Shown here: in pieces, positions 9,176-19,700 of the stretch | Layout of the letters: every line of letters begins with the position of its first letter | Numbering within the stretch: position 1 is the stretch's first letter | Source: Podarcis liolepis | Taxonomy: Eukaryota | Assembly: GCA_965112155.1 (NCBI GenBank) | Contig: OZ218102.1 | DNA length: 64,000 bases | Direction: 5' to 3' (one strand) | The notes under the pieces: model-generated | The model's database searches: none | What the model saw: the letters and a program-made list of their open reading frames with translations, nothing else | What the model was told of the DNA's origin: nothing | Program-made: the position numbers and the translations under genes

Positions 9176-11857
9176 GGTGCTTTCGGCTTCTTGTTACTGG
9201 AACAGAGCAGGATCTCAGTGTTTGAGTTCCTATAAATACTGTTGAGGGGGTGTGGTGTATAGCCTCAAACGTTCTGGGCAGAGAGGAAGTTCCCAGGTTA
9301 GTGTGCCTTTTCTTCTTTTGTTCCTTAATTACTTGAGGGATATCTTGAGTGATTTCTTGAGTGATATTCTGAGTACCACTTAGGTGGGTCATTAGGTGTG
9401 GATTAGTTGCTAAAGCTTTCGTGTCTTGACCTCTTGAGCTTGTGAAGAGTTTTTCTGAGAAGATGGCTGTACTGCACTTAGTTGTGCTCTGGCTTGGCTT
9501 CGTGTATAGGGGCGAGCTGTGGTTTTGTGCCCTGTGCCAGCCAGATCTGTGTAGGGATTGCAGGGGGGGTGCAGCATCTGGAGGTGCCACTATGGTTTGG
9601 CTACTGGATGGTGTCTGTAATTTATCTGTGGAGAGGGTCTGGGTTTGGGTCTGGTGTGGTTGATTGGTGATGGCGTTCTGTGTGCCTCTGGTTCTGGTGT
9701 CGGTTTTTGTGGGGAGGGCTAATTTCCAGATGTCTGGCAGGCGGGACGTGTCGTCACGCTTGTTCATGTTGTGAGGGTGTTTCTCTATCTCGATGGCTTC
9801 CATGATTATTCTCTTGTGGTGATGTTCCATGTTAAAGAGCAATTTGGAATCTGCAAAATTAATTTCGTGTCCTGTTTCTTTCATGTGTTGGAAAAGAGAG
9901 GAAGTTTTTTCTTCTTTTTTGACGGCATTCTTGTGTTCTGCGATACGTGCATTTATTCGTCTGTTTGTTTGTCCAATGTACGTGGCTGGGCAGACTTTGC
10001 AGGGTATTTCATAGACCCCTTGGTTTTCCAACTGGATTTTATCTTTGGGGTTTCTGAGGATATTGGCTATTTTTTGGTTGGTGCAAAAGGCTGTTTTGAT
10101 ATTGTGTTTATGGAGGATTTTGCTAATTTTATCTGTAGTGCCCTTGATATAAGGAAGGAGGGCCATGCCATTGTTTTCTTCTGTGTCTTGGTTTTTGGGG
10201 GGTGTTTCTTTTTGGATTAGCTTCGTAACCCTGTTTTGCTGGTATCCATTGGCGATTAACACATTTGAGAGATTCTGTAACTCAGTTGTCAAGTGGTCTT
10301 TGTCAGCCAGGCGTTTGGTTCTGGAGATGAGAGTCTTGGCTACGGAGTTTATTTGTGCAGGGTGGTGGTGTGATTGTGCATGTAAGTAGCGGTTGGTATG
10401 GGTTTTTTTCCGGTAGATAGTGTGTCCTAGGGAGCCATCAGGTTTTTTGTAGATTAGGACGTCAAGGAAGGGAAGTTGGTTGTTGGCTTCTATTTCCATA
10501 GTGAATTGTATTTTGGGGTGTAGGCTGTTGAGATGTGTGAGGAAGCTATCTAGTTTTTCTTTCCCATGTGGCCAAATTACAAAGGTGTCGTCAACATATC
10601 TGAGCCAAAGTTTGGGTTTGTGTTCTGACTTGTCTAAAGCATTGGTTTCAAAGTGTTCCATGTACAAATTTGCGATGACCGGTGAGAGGGGTGATCCCAT
10701 AGGTGCTCCTTCTATCTGTTTGTATCTTTGTCCATTGTGGATGAAGTACGTGTTGGTTAGGCAGTGGTTGGTCAGGTCCAGGATGTATTCGGGGGGATTG
10801 TATTTGTTTTGAATGGCTGTCAAGGCTTCATTAATGGGCACTTGTGTGAAGAGAGATACAACATCGAAGCTCACAAGTAGGTCATCGGGATGTAGGTTTT
10901 GCTTCTTTATTGTTTCTATGAACTGGAAGGAGTTTGTAACGTGTGAAGCGATGGATTCTGCATAGGGCTGAAGTTGCTTAGCGAGAAATTTAGCGAGATT
11001 TTGTAGAGGTGAGCCTATGGAGCTGACTATTGGTCTGAGTGGTGTTCCTTCTTTGTGTATCTTGGGGAGACCGTAGAGTTTGGGGCATCTGGATGATTTT
11101 TCTCTGGGGATGATTCTTAGCTGGATTTCTTCACTGATAGGAGAGGCTTTTATTTTGGATTTGGTGGTTTTTTTCCAGATAGGTGGTGGGATCTGTTTTT
11201 ATAGGTTGGTAGGTAGGGTCTTGGAGTAGATTTGATAGTTTTGCTTGGTAGTCCGATGTGTTCATCACAACAGTGGCATTACCTTTGTCTGCTGGGAGAA
11301 TGATTATGTTGTTGTCTTTCCTCAGGTTGGTGAGTGCTTTCTGTTCTTCTTTGTGTAAATTGCTTCTGGGTGGTTTGCTGGAGCAGAGGATGTTGGTGAC
11401 TTCAAGTCTGATTTTATTGGCTTCATCTGGGTTGATTTTGGTTAGGCTAGCTTCGACTCCGCATATGATGTTTTCCGTGGGGATGCGTCTCGGGGCGACT
11501 GCAAAGTTGAAACCTTTGGAGAGTACTTTGGTTTCAGTTGAGGTGAGGATCCTGTCTGATATGTTATGTACTGTTTGTTTCATGGGTTGTTGTGGAGGGT
11601 GGCTGGGCTTCTGGCGTTTCTCTAGTTTGTGGAGTTTGTTGGTGTGTCTGTCTGTCTTATGTGAGGTCTCAGTTTCAGCTCTCCAGACGGCTAGTTGTTT
11701 GCATTTGTCCCAGAGTGCAGGGTGGATTTTGTTACAGAGTTTGAGGTGAAGAGTGAGCAGATCTTTGTTGGTTTGGTTTAGTAGGTATCTTTTCTTATGT
11801 ATTTCGTTTCTGATTAGGGATAGTTCAGTTCGTTTCAGGATCCTTTCGGTAGCTGGT
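9156..11857 (-). pseudogene. Penelope/Poseidon pol (RT + GIY-YIG endonuclease), N-terminally truncated, two +1 homopolymer frameshifts
   Basis: Removing one T from T7 at 11168-11174 joins ORF 11131-11904 (PADKGNATVVM) to LYGLPKIHK..PLRPIVS, SFDVVSLFT, GAPMGSPLSPVIANLYM, RYVDD, PFLDV and GVYEIPC..YIGQT. G7 at 9563-9569 (6 in the other arms) shifts the C-terminus to ...QPEDDE. There is no Zn-finger linker between RT and EN, consistent with Poseidon rather than Neptune. Confidence 0.92.
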
Positions 11858-11970
11858 AACTTTGGCTCAGATATGTTGACGACACCTTTGTAATTTGGCC
11901 ACACGGGAAAGAAAAACTAGATAGCTTCCTCACACATCTCAACAGCCTACACCCCAAAATACAATTCACT

Positions 11971-13059
11971 ATGGAAATAGAAGCCAACAACCAACTTCCC
12001 TTCCTTGACGTCCTAATCTACAAAAAACCTGATGGCTCCCTAGGACACACTATCTACTGGAAAAAAACCCATACCAACCGCTACTTACATGCACAATCAC
12101 ACCACCACCCTGCACAAATAAACTCCGTAGCCAAGACTCTCATCTCCAGAACCAAACGCCTGGCTGACAAAGACCACTTGACAACTGAGTTACAGAATCT
12201 CTCAAATGTGTTAATCGCCAATGGATACCAGCAAAACAGGGTTACGAAGCTAATCCAAAAAGAAACACCCCCCAAAAACCAAGACACAGAAGAAAACAAT
12301 GGCATGGCCCTCCTTCCTTATATCAAGGGCACTACAGATAAAATTAGCAAAATCCTCCATAAACACAATATCAAAACAGCCTTTTGCACCAACCAAAAAA
12401 TAGCCAATATCCTCAGAAACCCCAAAGATAAAATCCAGTTGGAAAACCAAGGGGTCTATGAAATACCCTGCAAAGTCTGCCCAGCCACGTACATTGGACA
12501 AACAAACAGACGAATAAATGCACGTATCGCAGAACACAAGAATGCCGTCAAAAAAGAAGAAAAAACTTCCTCTCTTTTCCAACACATGAAAGAAACAGGA
12601 CACGAAATTAATTTTGCAGATTCCAAATTGCTCTTTAACATGGAACATCACCACAAGAGAATAATCATGGAAGCCATCGAGATAGAGAAACACCCTCACA
12701 ACATGAACAAGCGTGACGACACGTCCCGCCTGCCAGACATCTGGAAATTAGCCCTCCCCACAAAAACCGACACCAGAACCAGAGGCACACAGAACGCCAT
12801 CACCAATCAACCACACCAGACCCAAACCCAGACCCTCTCCACAGATAAATTACAGACACCATCCAGTAGCCAAACCATAGTGGCACCTCCAGATGCTGCA
12901 CCCCCCTGCAATCCCTACACAGATCTGGCTGGCACAGGGCACAAAACCACAGCTCGCCCCTATACACGAAGCCAAGCCAGAGCACAACTAAGTGCAGTAC
13001 AGCCATCTTCTCAGAAAAACTCTTCACAAGCTCAAGAGGTCAAGACACGAAAGCTTTAG
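11971..13059 (+). CDS. Open 362-aa truncated Penelope ORF (RT C-terminal part + intact GIY-YIG endonuclease)
   Basis: Uninterrupted ATG-initiated ORF with PFLDV, thumb and GVY..YIG motifs. It lacks the YVDD catalytic motif, which lies upstream of the ATG. Expression is unknown. Confidence 0.5.
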   Translation: MEIEANNQLPFLDVLIYKKPDGSLGHTIYWKKTHTNRYLHAQSHHHPAQINSVAKTLISRTKRLADKDHLTTELQNLSNVLIANGYQQNRVTKLIQKETPPKNQDTEENNGMALLPYIKGTTDKISKILHKHNIKTAFCTNQKIANILRNPKDKIQLENQGVYEIPCKVCPATYIGQTNRRINARIAEHKNAVKKEEKTSSLFQHMKETGHEINFADSKLLFNMEHHHKRIIMEAIEIEKHPHNMNKRDDTSRLPDIWKLALPTKTDTRTRGTQNAITNQPHQTQTQTLSTDKLQTPSSSQTIVAPPDAAPPCNPYTDLAGTGHKTTARPYTRSQARAQLSAVQPSSQKNSSQAQEVKTRKL

Positions 13060-13293
13060 CAACTAATCCACACCTAATGACCCACCTAAGTGGTACTCAG
13101 AATATCACTCAAGAAATCACTCAAGATATCCCTCAAGTAATTAAGGAACAAAAGAAGAAAAGGCACACTAACCTGGGAACTTCCTCTCTGCCCAGAACGT
13201 TTGAGGCTATACACCACACCCCCTCAACAGTATTTATAGGAACTCAAACACTGAGATCCTGCTCTGTTCCAGTAACAAGAAGCCGAAAGCACC

Positions 13294-13332
13294 AGCCTGA
13301 AGATGACGAGTGAGACCTCGTCGAAACGTCGC
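13294..13332 (+). ncRNA. Minimal type I hammerhead ribozyme-like motif (arm D)
   Basis: Identical motif; predicted cleavage after C13330. Confidence 0.75.
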
Positions 13333-13412
13333 CTAGACACCCCAACTCTTACACGGGAAGACACCCGAAGACACCAAAACCTGCATTCCTGTACCCGTGA
13401 AAATCTACGAAA

Positions 13413-13414
<2 letters not shown>

Positions 13415-13476
<62 letters not shown>
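13415..13476. repeat. (AT)31 tract at the right junction of the Penelope complex
   Basis: Direct. Confidence 0.97.
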
Positions 13477-13478
<2 letters not shown>

Positions 13479-13843
13479 TGCATATTCCAAATTAACTTAC
13501 TTATAGCAAATGTCCACACTTTAAAACTCTGCATCTGAGTGGGGTTTTTGTTGTTGTTGTTGTTCCAGCATTTCCCCCAGGAAAACTCACATTTTACCAC
13601 TGAGGTGGAATCTAGACACATATAAAAAACGCAAAAATGTTTTGAAAAATATAAGCTCACCATTGCCATCTAACTGTCACGTTTGAATAATGCACTTAAA
13701 ACACACTTAAAACATTATATTTGCTGCTTATATTTGCTGCTGTATAGCTGGAGCATATGACAACCTATGGAAACCCATTTGCCGTTTGCTCCAAGGCTCC
13801 AAAAACATAGGTAAATATCCGGGAGATAGATGATAGAAATGAG

Positions 13844-13844
<1 letters not shown>

Positions 13845-13881
<37 letters not shown>
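13845..13881. repeat. (GATA)n microsatellite
   Basis: Direct. Confidence 0.9.
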
Positions 13882-16362
13882 TTCGATATGGAAACTACTG
13901 CCCATATATAGAGCTTTAAATCTCATCATTGTGCCTAGAAACATGGCGCAAAAGGAGGTGTGGTGATCCCTACATATAGTAGGAGAAATCTGGAATAATA
14001 TGCTGACGAATTTTCAGGAGAGTTTTCTTAAAAACAAATTCACAAACTGATGTGGAAATGTGGAGAACTGACTATATGATTAGAAAAAATGTGAAACAGA
14101 GAGAAACTGAAATCGATAGATTTGCCCATTCCTTGAATGGAGGCGGGGCTTAGCCCTCCCCTGCCCACATTTTCCATCTCAGTACCCCACTTGCTGCCAT
14201 TTCCCTAACCACACCTTTTCTCACATATCTGGTTTCTGGATCAAGTGGGGAAAGCAGCTGGTGAGAGTGGAAAGTAGAAAGCAGCACAGGGCAGGGAGGG
14301 TTTGGCATCCCTTGCTCCTAGCCTGTGCTTTCTCCTCTGAAAATTCAGTTTTCTCTTTGCAACCCGCCCCCCCCAACCAAAATGGCACTAGGACTATCCT
14401 AAATGCAATGTCACAATTCATTGCAGATCAAAATGTTTTTCACCACCCACTCTCCTGTAACAGAGTTCTCTGAAACCGCCAAACTTTAACAGGCATCTTT
14501 GACAAAGGCTGGACATAAAACACCAACAGTATCTTTGAAATGAATAAATTTAACATAATCCATCAATATAATACACTATCTAGAGCCGTGCTGTGAAACA
14601 ATACATACATAATTTACTTGACTACACCAGCACAAAAGCAACAGACCTATTAATGCAAAAAGGCCCCAAATATCCCAGTCCCTTCATACATTAATAATTT
14701 CCCCCTCTCCATCCGAACGCATAATTCTCTTTCAAAAGTGGGGAAATAATTCATAATTTAATGAGTACTGCAATAGAGAAATCAATGAAGATCTCAGTGT
14801 CTCTCTGATTTTTCACTCAGGGTGGTCAAATGTCCATCTCGGAACTTTTGAAACTGCATATTGGTAGAAAGCTGGGCTTGATGGGATTAAGCCATTGTGG
14901 GGTTTTTTGGGTTTTTTTGCTATGCCTTTCCACCCTTTGTGTGCACGGATGGTGCAGTTTTGGTTGCATAAGTATAGGGAGAATTGGTCTTTGAAGAAAT
15001 GGTGATACCTGGGGATGTTTCTTTCACTGGTGATCTACCTCCAGGGTGATGTTTGACAGCAGTCTTCATGGCCAGCCCAAGACATTGTGGCATCAGAGGA
15101 AGACCCCAAAATTGTGCCCCTCTCTAGACCAGGGAAGGGGTGAGGGAAGTTCTACATCAGGAACAATGGGAGGAAAGGAAGATCATGAATTTGCTAAGTT
15201 AAAAACTAGTTTACTTTCAAAGCCTCCAAAGGTCGGGTTCATGTGCTTCAGAAAAGTTGCACAGACAGTAAACCTTGGTTTAGTTACAAAGTATTAAAAG
15301 TTCCTAGATTACTGGTATAGGAACTCAATAGAGGCTTGTAAGAGCCATTTGGTCTGAGCTGGAGCAACCAGTTCAAACCTCATTAGGCATTGAATGTCTC
15401 AGGTAGACTGAGGTTACAGCAATAGGCTTGATTGCTCATTCCCTCCCAAGGTAAGGAGAAGTGACCTAGCTAAACCTGGCAGGACAACTTACTCTATGAT
15501 ATTAACCCTTTCATGCAGTACTTAGACTTAAGTATGTTGGCTATCCCACAAATTGTTAGTGCAGAAAGCCGCTCAAATGGAAATAGTCAGGAGTGATGCT
15601 GTTGCTGTTGCTGCATGTGCATCAATATGATTGTGCTTTGGAAATCCAATCTAGGATTAACAGTTTTCCTTCCTGCATTTGTTGCCTGCTTGATTCCTCA
15701 AATGTTCAGTTTTGTAAATGAGCACGTATTAAAAATAAAATAAAAATTGTAAGCTCCCCAGGGCTTGTTGGAAGGAAACAAATCCCGTGAGTTGCACACC
15801 CCCAGAACTTATCACTGAAATAGTGTAAACTGGAAACGCCCCCCCCCCATTTTGAAAAAAATTATCATCTCCTTTTCTCTTTATCTGTTGTTTGTAAGAG
15901 GAGGAGAAATATGCACCACAGCTTAGGAGGAGAAGGAGTTGGGGGCTGGAAAAAACCTAGAGGGGAACAGAAGTTCATTTGAGCAGTTTCTAATATAACC
16001 AGCAGTAGCTTTGGCATCACTGCACAGACACATTTGAAAACCTTCTGGGAGATCCCATGCATGGTGAAATGAAATGAATCACTCTAATTATGTTTTTGTT
16101 ATGGATCCTGAAGCAATAGTTATATGAAACAAAACATCTCGCCTGCCGTGATGTGTCTGTGTTTGTCAGTTTACATGGGGCTAAAGGGAGAAAAGGGCTT
16201 GTTCTGACATAGAAAAGTATAATCCAAAAGTTTTTTGTTTTTTGTGTTTTTTTTGAGAAGTATATATAAACATGCACTCACACTCTCTCAGGAACCATTC
16301 ACAAAACCAAAGGGACCATGCGTCGTCTCTTGACATTACCATGTGTATGATACATCCAAGGT

Positions 16363-16794
16363 AAGGATGGGTGAATATGACAATTTTGGTTTCTCTGTTT
16401 GGAAAAATGACAGTCTTATGTTCCAGTCATGTTTCCACATCAGTATGCATTTTTAATAGTAGCCCTTGTGCAAATTTATCAGCATTTTAATGTGAATTTC
16501 TTTCAATATACATGTATTTTTATGCAATTTTGCCTAATATACACAGTTTTCCTAAGCATTTTTCACTAATATAATGCATTTTGAACATTGTTTTCATTGA
16601 TATATATATATACATTTCTATGTACTTTACTCTGGTAGATGAATTTTGTATGGCTGGAGAAAAGCATTGCAAAATTCAGAGAAGTATGAATTCTGAAGGA
16701 TCACTGTGTTTTGGTTCAAGTATTGTTTGGGGAAATGTGAAATAGATAGGTTGGGCTTTAAATGCTCAATGAATCCAATTTCTCCCTCATCCCT
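16363..16794 (-). mobile_element. Non-autonomous TIR element (AGGGATG...CATCCCT family), apparently full length
   Basis: Termini AAGGATGGG / CTCATCCCT. Internal sequence is shared with 3740-4145, 6274-6543 + 13995-14134 and 62550-63735. Superfamily not determined. Confidence 0.6.
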
Positions 16795-19700
16795 AATCCA
16801 AGGTTCCATTTTTTTTTTTTTGCAGCCTGCCACAATGTAGGGGTTGCAATGACATGCAAAAAAAGTTTAATGTTACATGTGGTGGCAGCTTCTCACCATC
16901 AGCTGACCATAGCCACTTTGTGCTGGAGGACTTGCTAGTCCAGAATATGGTAGCTTGGCTATTAACTGGAACCTGGAGAGGACTGAATAATCTACTCACT
17001 GTCAGTTTCAAGGAGTTGGTACTTGTCTTAAAAACCCAAACAGGCTGGGAGTGGTAAACTTGAGTACCACCTCCATCCATATCCTAAAAGGCATCATATG
17101 AGACCTTGCTCTGTATCTTGGGTCATGCAGGGCTGAAAATGAAAGTGGCAACAAGGAGCAGGGTATTTTCTGTGGTGGTAGCTGTGCAGCAGATCTCCTT
17201 CCCTAGGGAATTTTAATCATCAACCAAATTTTTTATGGCATTCTTATAGCTTCATTTTAAAGAAGGTCTCCAGTGGGCACTTGCTAGGGATAGGTGAAGA
17301 GTTCAATTGGTCTGCATTTCACAGCAGACCAACCCAATCTGATACCCTCCAGCTTGCTTATGGATTGAAACACAACTCCCAGTTGGATGATGCCCTTCTC
17401 TGGATTTTTGCGATGCCGTATTGGTGCAGAAGAAACACACGCATGCATATTTATGGACAAATGCACAGAAGAGCATTGGAAAGTATGTTGTTTAGATAAG
17501 GTGTTTGTACAAAAAGTTGTACAATTTAAATGGGGACTTTTTGTATGCTTGGTCAAAAAATCCACACAAAGCGGGACAGATTGGACCATTGTCATCAAGA
17601 CTGAAATTCAACAGAATTCAGCCAGCCAGTTGGGTGGGGTATATATAATAATATTGTTGTTGTTATTCTCTGCCCACCAGTTCTTAGTGGTGGCAGTGCA
17701 TGAGAGGGAGAGAGAGATTCTAGTGTCTAATATGTTTCTAACTGCAGTGCAGAATGGATTGTAGCTTTTATAGTTTTACTTGTAATTTTATTGATTGTTT
17801 TTAAATGATATGGATATTGCCTATTATTGTAAGCTGCCCCCAGGGTCCTTTGGATCATAAGATGACTATACATGTAAACCACCATCAAAATAATTGGTGG
17901 TTAAAGGTTTGCAAGGTTCATGGATTTTTTTCTTCATCTTCCCCTCCATCCACTAAATCAGAACAGTTCTCCGGAAGCTTTTATGACTTTTTAGCTATTG
18001 TATTATAACTTTCATAGGAGTCAGTTACGGAGAATCAGGCCTGACTTGCTTTTATAAGGTCAGAGAAGAAGATACTACATTTGATAGGCCATTAGTCTGT
18101 TGTTGTATTGTAGTTAGGAATGGAAAATTCTGATAAACTGAAGTGCAGATGAGCCAAGTGTATAGACTCGTTGCCAAAAAGAAAAGAAAAAGTCCCTTCC
18201 AAAAATAAACTTGCATTGAGGCCAGGTGAAAATGTGCTCTTGGCACTTGTTTATCAGCATGTGAATCAGAGCCAGAATTTTTCTCTCTGTCCATCTCTTA
18301 GAGCAACAGCTCATTTTGAAAGTCTTATAGCTCAACTTCTCATATTTGGTTAACCAACCCCTTGCTCCAGGGTTGGGGGCTAAATAATTGTAGGCCCCTG
18401 TGGAGCAACTCGGGGTGGACAGATAAGCTTATTTTCATTGCATGCTAGCTCCATATATACACATCCATAAGTCAGTCCAGTTTTTTCTGGATTTATTTTT
18501 TTAAAATGCAAAAAGCAAATCACTCCTGAATGGGGCAGACTATGGGGTAGGGCATTTTGATGCACTCATCCCCCAATTTGGACGGCAGTGGAGAGCAAGT
18601 GGTACATATAAATCAATGGAATTGCCATTGAAGCCGAGTGCCCTCCTAGCTATTGCCACTGCCACTATACTTGGCTCTGCCCCCTGCCCCCTGGCTCCTC
18701 CCAGCCCCCACTCATCACAGGGCATGTCATCAGCTCCCCCCAGATATTTTATTCAAGTTGGCACCTCTGCTCTTCTTGGGTTCTTATGACTGGACCAGAA
18801 CCGGTACACATTTTGCAAATAGTTACTTAGCATACTAACAACAAGCTATGCTACATTACATTTTTTTAAAACTGCAACTAAGCATCCCCAGAAGTGATAC
18901 AGCACTTGTGTGTAAAATTGCAGTATGAAGTACCCATTTCACTAAGAGTAAGCCCCACCAAACACCATGGGATTTACTTCTTAATAAGCATGCATGGGAT
19001 TAAGCTGTAGGTAGAAGAATCTAGGTATGCATGGACCATGTATTTTGGTAAATTGATCATATATGCAAATCAAATTTTGGCAACCAAGGGGTATTATGTA
19101 AGGAACTATTCATGGGACTTAGAGGCTTAAGACTCCTTTTCCCGTAAGCCTCCAGATTGTACTATATCTTACTTACAAGGACTCTGAAGTTTGGAAATAG
19201 ATCCCTTCAGGTTTGCAGATGCACAAGTCACTGGGTGCTAGCTTGAAACAAAGCTGTTTATCCTGTTTTGCAAAGCCTCGTGTATAGCAGTGTTGGATCA
19301 AGAATCCTGGCAGCTGTTCAATGCCTCTATTAAGTCTCTCGGCATGCTGAGTGTGAACTAGATGTTTCCAGAAGTCTGAGCAGAATCAGACTGACTTGGG
19401 AGTTCATGCAGTTAATGAAAGGGCTAAGCTTTCTCAACTGACAAATCTGGCTCCCGGGTATTTACTTCGACTGTACAGGGCTAGTGCTTGTAGGATGCTG
19501 GCTTCTTGTTCAAAAATTCACCTGCAATCATGAAAGCCCCACTCCTTGGGCAGCTGAATTGTACAAAAATGCATTGGCTTTCCATGCTGCTTTAATACCT
19601 GGATGTGATAACAAGTTGGTTGATCTATGCCCGTTTTATACCTTCCTGAGATGCTGTGGAAACTAAGCGCTAACAACCCTCTTTTGTGTGGGCTTCTCGC

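Larger units (their letters stand above)
9085..11857 (-). mobile_element. Penelope-like arm C: longest copy, subvariant 2, 5'-truncated, no tail
   Basis: Complete RT core and GIY-YIG domain; ends at ...CAAAACCTGC next to (AT)n. Confidence 0.95.
11858..13414 (+). mobile_element. Penelope-like arm D: subvariant 2, inverted relative to C, with 30-nt tail (13385-13414)
   Basis: Reverse complement of ~9085-10612, starting at AACTTTGGCTCAGATATGTTGACGAC (LWLRYVDD). Tail ATTCCTGTACCCGTGAAAATCTACGAAAGC. Confidence 0.94.
6604..13505 (-). mobile_element. Short L1-like 3' remnant (~125 bp net: 6604-6698 + 13477-13505) split by the Penelope complex
   Basis: 17-bp TSD GCAAAGGTCCCCACTTT (6587-6603) / GCAAATGTCCACACTTT (13506-13522), followed by AAAA, giving a TTT/AAAA L1-endonuclease-type site. 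Poly-T at the left end. An ACTTCC..CCCCC motif like that of the L1 3' UTR at 62829. Confidence 0.65.
6274..14134 (+). mobile_element. Interrupted non-autonomous TIR element (AGGGATG family); halves at ~6274-6543 and ~13995-14134
   Basis: The two halves match the two ends of the reverse complement of the intact copy at 16363-16794. Termini are CAGAGATGGG and CCCATTCCTT. Confidence 0.5.

Noticed and set aside
7930-12699. Repeated 149-aa, 120-aa, 163-aa, 110-aa and 73-aa ORFs in the Penelope region
   Set aside because: They are antisense or alternative-frame shadows of the Penelope ORF and recur only because the arms are duplicated.
6770-13414. The whole four-arm complex as a simple assembly fold-back artefact
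   Set aside because: The arms differ by SNPs (A vs B at ~7617; C vs D CGG/TGG and CAT/CAC), form two consistent subvariants and have biologically specific end points. Long-read confirmation is still desirable.
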